A stretch of 64,000 nt of DNA, from NCBI RefSeq assembly GCF_008831285.2, contig NC_045138.2, positions 37,448,001 to 37,512,000 on the forward strand. The letters run 5' to 3'. A program made the position numbers and the translations under genes. Within the stretch, counting starts at the first letter, position 1, and every line of letters begins with the position of its first letter. The notes beneath the pieces are model-generated. The model was given only the letters and a program-made list of their open reading frames with translations. It made no database searches and had not been told where the DNA came from. This DNA comes from Nymphaea colorata (lineage: Eukaryota). Below are positions 51,970 through 64,000 of the stretch, piece after piece.

Positions 51970-53353
51970 AGTTTGTAAAGTGAATAACAGTTAACAGGCT
52001 AAGAGGATGGAATGTAATTGGTCATGCAGTATCAGTTTTCTTAATGCAATAGCTAGCTATTACTTCATTTTTGTGAAAAATTAAAACAAGGTGAAGGAAA
52101 AATAAAGATAGAGAAAGGATTTTTATCAAGCAAATAGATCAAATCTTCTCTTCGACACAACGATATCTTTTGCAATATATTTATTCATTTTTTGGCAGAA
52201 TTTTGTCTCAGATCGTTTTCCACTATCTGGCAATAAAATCATGTTATTAAGTAATTTTTTGAATATAATTATGACCTTTTATGTATCAGGTTTGATATTA
52301 GCAAACTGATAATTGTTAATACCATTAATATTCCTTGCCACGTGCCAGGATAATATCATCCAAAACTTGTTTTGTTAAATAAACTAGTATTACATATTAA
52401 TATCTGAACATTTGACCTGTATTGCCCCAAAGCGCATTGGATTGTATACATCATCACCCGGGTTGGCCAATATCGAGCAACATATAGATAAAAAAAATAA
52501 CGAAAGTTAAATTTTCATTTTGTTTACTTAACCTTTGCGGCCGATGCGACCGAGCACAGACCAATACGTGTGTCATCCAATACATCGTATTGGTTAGGCA
52601 TCAGATACGAGACGGAAACAATATTTAAAAAATATATCTATGAACTTTTTTTTTTTTACCAAAAAGATGAAGTTGATGATCTTTTGAAGTGGGTCCCACA
52701 AAAATATACAGAGAAACATATAATGCACGAGCATAGAATTGTAAAAACTATTGCTATAACTCTTTGTGACACATAATTTACAATGGGGTTAGCCCGAACC
52801 CATTGGCTGCCTTAGTTGGTCAGACGTCCTTCAAAATTGGAAAAACTTGGTGTACAAAAGGAAAAGAAAGCTCTCAAGAGTCAAACCGTTGAGTTGCGAA
52901 ATGGATTCCACGTTTGACTTTCTTATCACCAACTGTAATTGACTAGTTTTCTCAATAATGAAAACTCTAAATCAGTGATTGATAAAAATTTAACATAAAT
53001 ACAAACAACTTTTAAGAATCAAAGAAACGCAAACTTGGATGGAAGGAAAGAATGGTAATCCTATGTTTGGTTCGGTAACTAAGAAGGAGAGAAATGAAAA
53101 AGAAAAATAAATACAAGAAAGAAAAACTATTTTGGCATAAATCAAGTTGTTTTTATGAAAAATGTTGATTTTTTTTTATTATCAAAATGTTGATGCTATG
53201 AGAGCGATTCCTTTTTGCTTATTATAAGAACGCTCTTAAAATCCAAAAAATGGTCAACTTAATATATATTTTGCATTAACTTATCTTTAAGATCATTAAG
53301 GTTAGATTTCAAAAAAAACAAAACTTTAAATGTCATATCAAACAATCACTATT

Positions 53354-53355
<2 letters not shown>

Positions 53356-53420
<65 letters not shown>
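53356..53420. repeat. (AT)n microsatellite, about 32 units
   Basis: Uninterrupted AT run between genes D and E. Confidence 0.95.
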
Positions 53421-53422
<2 letters not shown>

Positions 53423-54285
53423 ATCATTGCTTTTCCCTCTCTATTCCCTTTCTTTTTACTTCCTTTCTTTATGCTTCAAGGGGGTAACTAGTCGGAAACG
53501 CCCTGCTGGAGGATATGCCTCTTATTGCTTTGGGCCATCGAATCAAAAGTTTGTGCATGCATGCTTTTGAAAGAGATTCATTCGCGCACACCGAGATTGA
53601 ATGGACTACGTAACTCTTCTCCATCAAAGAGAGAAAAAGATGCCTACGCCTCTTCCAACCTTTTCTTGATAACGACATTCGATTCAGCTGCTCTTTTCCG
53701 ATCTACTAAACTACTTCAACAATTCAAACCGGAATCTTAAGAATAGAAAACTTTTTTCTTCCATTTCCAAAGTTTAGTGAAAACTATCCATCCAATTGGA
53801 AACAAACAAACAAACAAACAAACAAACAAAACCTGGAATACTAAAAACATAAATGCAACGGGAATGTTGACAGTTTTTCGAATATCAAAGTGGTGGAAAA
53901 TTATGCCGATAAAATGGGAATGCATATCAAAATTGGGGGACAAGATGTCCCCTAGATACAAAAATGATGGAAAATTATGGTTTTCTAATGATATACCAGA
54001 TTTTAGAAGGTAATATGGTTCATTAATATGATATGGGAACATAAATTCCAAAGAAATTTTGACTGCCTTATCGCCAACTGGCGAGAAAACAAGTGGCTAC
54101 ATGAAGAAGAAATGGTACCCACTCAAACAAGGCAATAATGGAAACCCAAACTGGCTTTCCTGGTCAAAGGAGGGCGCTTTCATGCTTTGACCATCCCAAG
54201 CTTAGGAAGGCTATGATAGAAAACTTGTTTTTTTCTTTAACGAGGTTTCGAAGCCTGGTTTAAGTGTTTCAGTGACAAGGTAAAA

Positions 54286-54484
54286 CATAGTTAGCAAACT
54301 TGTTGGGTTGATTTGGAAATCGCTTGAGTAAGCTCAGATCGCCCGACCTGCGCCTGACTCGCTCCCAACTCGGCCTGACTCACCCATGACTTGCTCAATT
54401 CCGCTGAGTGATTTATCTTATGGAGATTCGATCAAGTTGGTCAAAGAGTCGATTTAAGTCCGAGTCACGGGTTTATCAACTATG
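54286..54484. mobile_element. hAT-type MITE (about 200 bp) about 335 bp upstream of the gene E ATG
   Basis: Imperfect TIRs CATAGTTAGCAAAC / GTTTATCAACTATG (11/14 complementary). Flanking 8-mers AGGTAAAA / ACTTAAAA (6/8) fit a decayed 8-bp TSD. The interior is rich in GACTC/GAGTC short repeats. Confidence 0.65.
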
Positions 54485-54819
54485 ACTTAAAAAAGAAGTT
54501 TTATATGAAAAATTATAAGGGGACCCTTTTGAAAACGTCGTTTTGTGACTCGTTACTCGTTTTCGGTTACCTCAAATTTAGTTGGATTTAGAAACTGGAC
54601 CCGATATCATCTCAGAGTATCTTTCCCGTGGCGGCTACCATGGTTTCGTCACGTACCGCATGTTTTCTGGGACAAACGATATAAGATAACGGTGAAGTTG
54701 GATAAATCAAGATCTGGATCCCTTTCCGGGAGGAAAAGTTTTTCTTTCCCTCCTTATTCCTGCTGCTCAATTCGCGCGAAGAAGAGGGAAAATCGGCGAA
54801 ATAGACACGGGAGAAAGAA

Positions 54820-57800
54820 ATGGGGGGAATCGGCGACGGCTCCTTCCCCAAACTCTCTTCTGCTTCCTTCTTCTTATTCCTCCTCCTGGCCGTGATCTCG
54901 CCGGAGAATTTCCTTACCGACGCCCAGGAACTGCCCGCCGACGAAAGTAAGAGTTTCTCTCCCTTCTTTATTTGAGTTCTTTTTGTTCTCTTCATTCCCG
55001 TTCATTTTCGAGGTGAATCATCTGGTCCACTTCCGTATGTCCTGTCCTTCATCGTGTTCTCTCTGCGCTTGCGCGGTGTATTCATCCGGAGGTCTTTACA
55101 ATTTGTCGGTCATAGAATCTCCGGCGATTTATTCGGTATTCTTTACTGGATTTGGTGAAGGAGATTAACGACGATTAGGCTTCCAATATTGTTCCCGTGC
55201 CGGTACGCTTCGGTTTGGTGAACGCTAGTTGAGAATTTGGAGCTCAATTCTTCTTCTCCGTCATTCTCCGGCAATCCTTGCCTCCTTAAACTGGTTTGCT
55301 GGCGCGACTAATTTCGAATGGAGCTCAAACTTTCTTCGTTGATACGAAACTCCGGAGATCCTTCTTTCATTTCTATTCTGGTTTACTGCACGCCATTTAC
55401 CAAGATCGGAGCCCATCTTTCTCCCCGGAAAAAATATTCTGGCATGGCATATGCGTACTTTTTTTTTTTTTGACCTTTTTAGGGCTGTTTAGTCATTTGA
55501 ACAATGCAGGAGGGAAATTCTGTCATGCGGAGGAATTTCATAGAAGGATAGTTTTGTCATTTAGGGATAAAACACGATCATCGATCGTCAGGGTATGTTG
55601 GTCATTTCAAAGTTCGTAGGCCGCCTCATGGTGGCCCCCACTAGCCCCTGTTCCAAGGGGAGGGCAGTTCGCGAGGGCGCAATCGCATTAGAATCGAGGC
55701 TCATTAAGGTCCGTGGAAACAGAATTCCACTGTCCACAATGGCTTTTGATATACGTTTTTTCACATTGAAAGTTTGGATATGTGATCTGATGGAAAAGAC
55801 TGATCTAAAATTCATATTTTTTAAATCCGTAGAAATTTGAGATCTCCCCGAATCTTGGGTTCCAAGTGATCAAACGCGGTTACGCAGCCTTGCAGTGGGT
55901 ACAAACAATTGTAACCCGTTATTGTCTGAGATGGACAGTAAGCGACGACTTCTCCATTCCTCACCAGGTTGATCAAATGGGGGCCTTATGGCAGGATTTC
56001 CATGACCGAAGCATCTCTTTTCGTTTCCTCACGTTTCCCTTGGAATATAATCATCTGGGTTTTCCGGCTTCGAGCCGAACAATCAAGTTTCTATGCTGAA
56101 ACATCAACGAGTAGCACTTGATTCCAATTTCATGAGTGTTGAGACCGTGGATTTTTTTTATTAAGAGGCACTTGATTTGGTGAAATAATAAGTTTGGTAT
56201 GGGCATAACATATCATTTTTGAGTTATGACAATGTGATATTCAAATACTATAATAAATTTTTTGTTGAGCTGATGTGGGCAATTGTCCACACCAGCCAAC
56301 AAGTGGCTTTGCCACTGATCGCAGATAGTCGTGGCCCTTCTGTTGGCTATTGATGGGCAGGGGCTGTGGATATACTCTGTCCCATCAGTATTCTTTCCTT
56401 CTCACCGCTATATTCACTTCTATTGGCTATTGATGGACAAGGATCTCCAGTCTCCACAAACCAAAATCGACAGTCATCTTCATGTCCCAGTAATGTTTTC
56501 TATTCAAGCCCATCTAGTCTAGCCACGGGGTTGGTCTTCTTAGTTTTGAACTTGTGCTTCTGATCCAAATTGCTCATCTACGATAAGGCCCACGGATCAG
56601 GCTCGGAGGTGCCTAGACACGAGAACATGCTTCTCCTACACCGCTGTAGTATGCATGGGAAGTCACCGCTGTAGTATGCATGGGAAGTCACACCTTGACA
56701 TAGTCAATAGCTGACGTCTTCAACAGTCGACGGTCGAGATTCGTTTGGTCTTCACCCCGAGATCGCTGACTTATTCAATGCATCTGTCCTAGTAACCCTT
56801 GACGATCAACGTGGTGTCCATTTCAAGGAATGTTGAAATGGATCGTCAGCAAAGTGGACGCAGCTACAACATGAACTTAAAGCTGTGCAGTTGCATAATT
56901 GAGACTTTACTCAACTTTTTTACCTCAATAAGTAAATGAAACCTGCATTTGCCATCAAGCCTGTGCTTGATAATTGTGCAGTGGGATGTGCGTCGCAGTG
57001 TAGCTTTATCTTTTAACAAAAATGTCTAGCGCAGAGCCACCTTTAGAAGTAAGGTTAGAGACTGACTATTCATGAAAATGTTCAAACACGATCCGCAGTA
57101 GACCACGTATTATATCGGCACATATCGGCTGATACGCTCCGACACGGAATGGTATTAACAACACTAGTTTTACCAACCGTGCTTTTTATATTTTTTTCTT
57201 TCTTTAACCACCATTTGCTGTGGGGTGAGTTGTAAAATGAAAATTTGATATGTGTCAATTTTGAAAAACCTTAAATCATTTTGATGTTTGAAGTTTTAGC
57301 TCTGGGGTCATTCACTTGACTAAAGAAAAACCTTTTACTTGCTGCAAAATGGCTTCAATCTTTTGCTATGTTTTATGAGAGCATGCTAAATTTTAAAAGA
57401 GTAACAAAAATACTTCATGTTTATGCGTTTTAGGTTTAGCCACTTGAATTCTTTCATGTCCAATGACTACGTTTCGGACCTGGGCGCCTTTTTGTTATGT
57501 CGCTAAACTTGATGTGTGGTATGCCTGGCCCTAGATGGCTAGTCCACTCAAGGCATTTATTCCGGAGTTGCCATCTACCGATGTCAGGATTTGTTTTACA
57601 GATATATAATGCAATGCCATTATCCATTTTAGCTAAGAAGGATCCGTTTGTGAATATGCAGGGCAACGTCATTACTCATCAAAGAAAAAAAACCAGAAAA
57701 TTAATCCATATCAAACTTACTGAGTATCTCTGTATCGTTACTCTCAAAGTATTTTTCACCGTACGATATAATTAATTAGGCTATTATTATCTTATTAAGG

Positions 57801-60800
57801 GGGTCAGGCTAGTCAGGCTGCACGTCGGTCCACATCCGGAAGGGGCAGCTTTGGGCCTGGTATGAGGTATCCTTTCCATCAGAAGGCATAGCCTGTATGT
57901 GACGCAGATGATCTATACAGACTGATGATACTGACTGCACTGATGCGAGGGAAAAATAAAATTGTAGAATGATCAATAGAAAAATGAAATTTCGTCCTCT
58001 CTAGAAATATCAGAACAAGAAAGAGTTTGTCCTTAGGTAGATCATAGATTTCTACCTCGTCTTATTGACATAACTAGATTGTAAGTTGCTTGGTCATCAA
58101 TGACTTGGTCAACAACAATAGAGGAGATTTTAGGATTTTGGTAGTTCAGTGTCCCGATTTATAGGCTAGATATGACGGGAATGCTCTTTAATGTTGGTTA
58201 CGTTAGAAAACTTGTCCTGTGCATTTTGATTTAATCAGAAAAAAAGTGGTCAACCTCCGCAGTAGAATCACAGGTCATGGTTAACTAGAAAAATCGGGTC
58301 ATGAAAATGTATAATAACTGTTTTGAATTAAAAATAAAGAAACCATTTGGGCCGCTTGGCCATCCCTTGATTACCAGGTCTGCTGAATCGATTGGGTCAG
58401 CATTGTGCTTCATTAATGATTTTGGCCCAATTACGTCGCCAATGTATTAAGATGGTAAGAAGGACCAGCAGAGGAGAGGATGCAATGAAAGGAACATTTA
58501 TCTTCCCTCTAGAAAATATCATATCCTCTTATGCACATGTAGATTTTCTGGATAGCCTGAAAGGGAAACTACATTGCCTCTAACATAACTATCTCCCATG
58601 ATGTCTCCTCCAAACAGGCAATACGCAAGTTAACCATTTGATTGTGTAACACTCCCCCATCAAGTTGGTCTTACTTGGTCAATTAGGACCAACTTGCTTC
58701 ATTGTTGAAAGATATGTTGTCCCAAACCCTTGGTAAACATATCTGCCAATCGGTATGAGGAAGAAAAGCAATGAATTCAACACTTCTCTTCTCTGAATTT
58801 TGTCCCTATTTATGTGGTAGTCAATCTCAATATGTTATAGTTTGCTCATGAACACACGTTACATGTATAGTTGTTTGGTACAGGTTATATGTATAGTTGT
58901 TTGGTTGTCACAATCTAAATCTATGAATATTTGTCATGACATTCAAAGATCTCGACGCAACTTTATTCATGCAAGTTCACAGCGTGTCAATGTCATAGAT
59001 CGGTGTACTGTTTCTTATTCCTTAGTTTTTCAATTTATTGCGCTTGTTCCGTTCACAAAGCACGTCATGTTGGTCACCAATGAGTCATGTGAGATGAGGC
59101 CTAATCCGAGTTGCAATACCCAGGGATATGAATTAGTCCTGGTGATGATAAGAGAAACCCCATACCAATTATTTCTTTCAAGTGTCTAGGTAAGCTACAC
59201 ATTGCTTCTTGATGAGCAATTCAAGGTTCACTCGTAAGCCGACTTAATATGTGGACCGAGTGAACGTCTGGTGTCGTTAATGTTCTTACACAATTTTTCT
59301 CCATTGAGTTGGACCCTGGAGAACATACTCATCATGCCCATTGTCAAATTTAAGTGTTGCTCCATGGAACACTTAACGGTTTTGCTCCTATATGCCGTCT
59401 CTTGAAGAATATGAAATTAATACTTCGACGGAGAACAGGGAAGCTACAGTAGCGCGTGCAATAGCAATTTATGCGATGCACTATGCGCATCTGCTCCGGG
59501 CATTGCAGTCGAACCTTTCGAATGAGGTCAAAACTTTCATACTCCTGATGCCTCTCTTGGCATAACTTCAGCGGGCTGCCTGTCTTCCGCTAACAAATAA
59601 AGAAGGGAATGGAATGTGATATATTTGCTGTACTAGGTGTCTAATATCGATATGAGAAATGGTTCTGAATCTTTGCTGATTCAGTAGTATCACTTCATTC
59701 CTTGAACAGTTGCTGTGCTCAAAGCCATCGGAAACAAGTTGGGGAAGTCCTGGAATTTCAGCGTGAATCCATGCTTAGGCGGTGAAACATGGATCAGTAC
59801 ACCCAGCTCGGATGGTAACACAATGAATAACGTTACGTGTGATTGCACATTTAACAATCAGACGGTTTGTCATGTAATAAGCATGTAAGTTCATTTAAAT
59901 ATCTATAGTACCTGTTTTAAGTTTATATAACTCCATTCTGTAGTGAACTTTTACCTGTTTTATCTTGTAACGTGCAGCCAGCTGAAGAGCCAAAATTTGA
60001 CGGGGGTGCTCCCTTCAGAGCTGAGCAACCTTACCCACCTGACCGTATTGTAAGAACTAATTCTAGGGCATTCCAATTCTTTTTATGGTCCCACATCAAA
60101 TAGATCGATGATTGAGTGCACTGTAGCTTTTTTCGCCATTCTAGCCTAAAAGAAAAACGTTTATATAGAAAACTTTAAGCATGTGGATCTGGACATGATC
60201 TCCATGTTTCAAACTGCTACAAATGCATTCTTGGATTCACTTTATTTGGACATGTAGTTAAATTTTTAAGTTTAGGAAATTTCGGAATCTTGCATTGGAG
60301 AAACTTCAATCCTTGTAAAATCCTGCATGCACATCCAAGAAAACTGTTCTTAGAATGAATTTATAGGTGTCGGACCAGGGCAATCACATAAAATTTTGGA
60401 AAAAGGACTAAACATAATTTCTAAAGTGTGGTTGCACAGGTTTAATTTTTTCAACTGTATTGCGTCCAAAGTGATAACTAGATGCTTGTTTTATAGGGAG
60501 AAATTTGAGGACTAAGCATGCAAACTTGTGGACTTAGGTACTTCAGTAATTAAATCGTAAACTAGTTGACAAAATTGTAACAACATAGATATGAATTCGT
60601 GATCCTAAACTTAAGATATGCCTTCTGCATCAGACCTCTCTGAAATTTTATCGATTATCAAAATGTTGCTACACATTCAGATGCACAGATAGAGCTATTT
60701 ATACGTTTTGGAGAATGCATCCCCTTTCTTCTTTCTTGAAATTTCTAAAAAGACTAATGATTCATTTTTCAAGTGTTAACTGTAAAAAAATTTAGCGCGT

Positions 60801-63130
60801 TTCATTAGTCTTTACATGCACTTCCACCGAAAGATAACATGACAACAGAAAGCTAGTGGTAGGTTCATTATGAAGTTTCTGACCGCAGATCAAGGCACGA
60901 AGCATATGCTTTGATCAAACACAAAATCCCCTTTTTAATGCGTACCTAAGATCTCTTTTTACTTTTTTTGCATGTAGAGTTCTAAGTTTCTAACTGTGCT
61001 ATTTCTGACAAAAATTTTGCTTTTGCGTTGTCTAACAGTGATGTGTCACGCAACTACCTCAATGGTACCATTCCAGCTAGTTGGGGTTCCTTACCATTAC
61101 TTAATCTGTAAGTACAAGTAATTACCTGTTCTTTTTCGTCGAAAGGCCCCACCATGCTTGTTGGGTTGCAAGGTTTAGAATGTTTGGTTACATTGTTGGG
61201 GAGTTGACTGTAGCTGCAGCAGGTTAAAGCAGCCATCGAAAGGTTTTTCCTTTATTCGAGAAAACAAAGGCCTTCCTCTTTAGCTACGTGTATTGTTCTG
61301 TTTGCTCAATGTACATTATTGTTCTGTTTGCTCAATGTACTCTCACACATGGATCTGGCATTTTGGGTGCCGCACGCACATCGCGGTGCGGTTCTTTCCA
61401 AGAGCCAAAACGGAGGAGAAAAGAGGGTGGAGGGAGGCGGGAAAGATAACATACGGAGAATGCGATTAGCCAGATGGAGCTAGGTTAGGGTTTTTATATT
61501 TTTCTCTTCCTTTTTTGGGTTTTAAACATCCCTTTCTAAAAGGGTGACCTGCTTATCTTTAATTTCTACCATCTTACTTTGAAAACTCTTTGATGCAATA
61601 AAATGCTTATTACAAAAAGTTCTTTTTACTTTTAACTTCACTTTGAATTGCGTGTCATGGGAAAAGCCTACTCTTTGTGAGTGAATTGCATTTGCAAAGT
61701 GCACTGGCTTCCTTATGGATCCTACTAACTGCACAGTCTTTCTTAATAGGGGGCAAAGCACACGATTACTCTCTGTTGGGGCATTAGCCCCATCTCTTGA
61801 TGGTTGTGACTTGTGTGCCTTATGTTTTCTCAATAATTTTCGTCTGTTTTAGGTCATTAATGGCCAATCGCATATCTGGAGGGATCCCGAAGGAGCTTGG
61901 AAATATCTCAACAATGCAAAGGCTGTAAGTACTAACCTTGGCTAGTTGTTTGCCACCTGATAAAGCTAAATGGCAACGGGAAGAATTTTGAGGCTTCTAG
62001 CGATTAGTTGCAGACAGTTAAGATAAACAAACAACTTTATGGTTACTAATTTCACTCAAGAAATTCAATTTTGCATATTTTCTACATCTATTTTCTCATA
62101 AACTCAGAAGCTTCTATATAATTAAAAAATGCAAAAGTGTAAGTAAAATGTCAAGATAAAAACATGATATTCCATGTTTAATATTGTAATGATAGTTCTA
62201 TTTAAATGATAGTACCCCAGCAGTCGACAGATGTAATGATATTCTGTTCGTCTTACAGCTAAGAAAATTCATGTTTTTCCCTAAAAAGGAATCATAAGAT
62301 ATGGATGAGAGCTATTAAGGGCTAGCCCTTAGCCTTTGACCACAAACGGCCCTCGCATTTCTGAATTTCCTTATATGGACCTTAGATTTCCTGTAGAGTG
62401 CAGAATGCTAAATGTAGACTGTAGAGTCATTGTTGCCATCCCACAGGACATTCAGTAATGTAACAACGTTATGTTGAGTTTTTCAGTTACCACACGCTAT
62501 GTTGCATTTATTCGAAAGTTCTATTCTGGAGATCGCTAGAAATTGCACCATGTGAGTCAAGGTTCTCTGTAAATACATGATAGTGCATCAATGATCCACT
62601 TTCTTGTTCTGGATATATAATAGATTGTAAGCCCGCGTCTCGACGGGATTGTCAGAAATTAGACTATTTCATTTTTAAAAAAATGGGTGTCTTTAACTTC
62701 AAAATTAGTCCATAATTTCAGTATTGGAGAAATTGACTGTCCATAATTTCAGTATTGGAGAAATTGACTAAGTAAATTTTTAACTTGCCTTAAGTTAGGA
62801 TTTCAAACCCAAGTTGAAATTGTTTTTGTTTTAATTCTGGACTTACCTTCTTGGCTTTGGTCCTGATTGATCTTAGAAACTTATCGTAGATATAGTTTTG
62901 AATTCAAAATCTTGTTTCAAACTCGTTAAGAGATTTGATTTTACAATTCAAGATTCTAATTTGAATTAGAGTTGATACAGTCCATGCATGTCCATCAACT
63001 GTCTAAAGCGAGCGTGATTTCTTTATTGTTTTGTTTTTCCTTGCTATGCTAAGTACAGGGTTGTTGAAGCAAACCAACTTGAGGGAACGATTCCTCCGGA
63101 GCTAGGCAACTTATCAAGGATAAAGAGATT
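54820..63130 (+). CDS. Gene E: fifth paralog, first six exons only (signal peptide, LRR N-cap, four LRRs); presumably continues beyond the window
   Basis: Exons 54820-54946 (MGGIGDGSFPKLSSASFFLFLLLAVISPENFLTDAQELPADE), 59710-59884 (LGKSWNFSVNPC...NNVTCDCTFNNQTVCHV), 59978-60049 ([15 protein letters not shown]), 61039-61107 (DVSRNYLNGTIP), 61853-61924 (SLMANRISGGIPKEL), 63059-63130 ([15 protein letters not shown]). Sizes and phases match exons 1-6 of B-D. The ORF track does not show these exons in their coding frame. Confidence 0.9.
56639..56688. repeat. Perfect 25-bp tandem duplication CACCGCTGTAGTATGCATGGGAAGT x2
   Basis: Directly visible in gene E intron 1. Confidence 0.9.
58443..59430 (-). 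mobile_element. Decayed Ty1/copia LTR retrotransposon 3' remnant (RT C-terminus, RNase H, PPT, putative 3' LTR) in intron 1 of gene E
   Basis: Minus-strand translation across stops and frameshifts gives, in copia order: KY*FHILQET..GAKP..PMEQHLNL; VHILSRLTSEP*IAHQEAMCSLPRHLK; SMTLTRCELA*; CDNQTTI; HIEIDYHINRDKI; LADMFTKGL. This is followed by the purine tract GGGGGAG abutting TGTTACA at 58651. A possible LTR end (...TAATACA) lies near 58443. Confidence 0.85.
61291..61340. repeat. 26-bp-period tandem duplication TATTGTTCTGTTTGCTCAATGTAC x2
   Basis: Directly visible in gene E intron 4. Confidence 0.9.
62708..62769. repeat. Perfect 31-bp tandem duplication GTCCATAATTTCAGTATTGGAGAAATTGACT x2
   Basis: Directly visible in gene E intron 5. 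Confidence 0.9.
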
Positions 63131-63169
63131 GTACGTCATAATACTCCTTGCTACGTGATCTTTCATTTT

Positions 63170-63900
63170 GTGTTTGGGGATGGAAATATCGAATCAGTTG
63201 AAATGGTGGCTGCGCAAGGTCTTCCAAAATTGAGCGAATTATATAGCCTGAAAAATCAACTTATAAAACTGATCGACCGTCCCCACCGGCATTTTTGTGT
63301 CATACTGGCATTATTGCAAATATACGTAATTTGGTGGGCACCACCATTTTCATTGGAAATGGTTGGATGAGACTAACTTGTCGATGAGGATATAGGATTG
63401 AAAATAGATCCAGCAGATGAGCAGGACTGCTGTTTTCTCAATCTCGGCTACCTCTTCTGCTCTGGAAGATTGTTGTTGCAGAGTCTTGCAGCAGTTTTCA
63501 AGCTGGCAACTTTGGACATTACGGTTTCCATAATATAATCCAGAACCACCATGCTGAAAAGGACTTGAGCTTCCTAGATAGGCGATCTTAGTTTATGACT
63601 AACATTTAGGTGAACATGGTTCTGACTTCTGAACATACAAAAGACATTCTTTGCTGCAAAGTCGACGATAAGGGAACTCTCTGGTGGATGAAGAATTGAA
63701 GATGATCTCAAAGTTTTTAGTTCATTGAAAATGAAAAAAGGAGTTCTGCGTTTTGGTAGATACGGAAACACCATTTCCATCCTGACTCAAGGTTCTGAAT
63801 TGTCTGTGGAGCTGCTAACTACCATTCTGGGGTAAGATCGGAGCAGTTTTGCTATGTACTGATAACTCTGAGAATCTCAATGCCGAAGTTACCTATTAGG
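63170..63900 (+). mobile_element. Highly decayed Ty3/gypsy (chromovirus-like) integrase remnant in intron 6 of gene E
   Basis: Collinear degenerate motifs: ESVEMVAAQGLPK...LIDRPHRHF (cf. ESISMDFITGLPR...IVDRLTKSAHF), PADEQ (cf. PQTDGQ), LED..RVL (cf. LEDMLRACVL), frameshifted AA-SR (cf. AAQSRQ), LKVF..KKGVLRFGRYG (cf. LKVSPxKGVxRFGKxG), frameshifted IL-GKIGAV (cf. ILERIGPVAY). Each match is weak; their order is the evidence. Confidence 0.55.
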
Positions 63901-64000
63901 TGCAAACTAGTGGGTTTAAAGCATGACGCTATTGTTCCTTATTGGGCTAAGAAACAAGAACAGTACACGTATATGCTATGCCAGGAAAAGGTTGAGCGAG

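Noticed and set aside
55866..56099. FPLEYNHLGFP resembling the LINE RT 'PxxYLGxP' motif
   Set aside because: A single weak motif with no flanking RT motifs found.
63672..63700. IRELSGG resembling an ABC signature
   Set aside because: It is immediately followed by a stop, has no Walker motifs, and is better explained as part of the gypsy relic.
1..64000. A novel multi-gene system, CRISPR array or other prokaryote-type locus
   Set aside because: All convincing coding sequence belongs to one known plant RLK family or to transposon relics. The regular 72-bp units are LRR exons, not repeat-spacer arrays.

Overview
Eukaryotic, intron-rich flowering-plant genomic DNA. The window is a tandem cluster of five paralogous LRR-malectin receptor-like Ser/Thr kinases (LRR-VIII-2 type: signal peptide, Cys-pair LRR N-cap, about 12 one-LRR-per-exon repeats, malectin domain, one TM helix, RD kinase). 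Gene A (+, 5'-truncated, ends 5631), gene B (-, 20679..6845), gene C (-, 33752..23314), gene D (+, 39439..51969) and gene E (+, starts 54820, 3'-truncated). By hand I assembled 24-exon models for B, C and D, each summing to a multiple of 3 (about 1010, 1034 and 1022 aa), so they look intact. Nearly all other ORFs in the track are antisense shadows of exons or intron read-through. Non-coding DNA holds a decayed Ty1/copia RT-RNaseH-PPT-LTR remnant and a decayed Ty3/gypsy integrase remnant (both in gene E introns), two SINE candidates, hAT-type MITE remnants, short tandem duplications and microsatellites. I found no CRISPR array, RNA gene or clearly novel multi-gene system. The most notable points are paralog-specific kinase and malectin divergence, two GC-AG introns (one in-frame and stop-free), a NAGNAG acceptor in three paralogs, and a duplicated splice donor. 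All coordinates were read by eye and no database searches were run.
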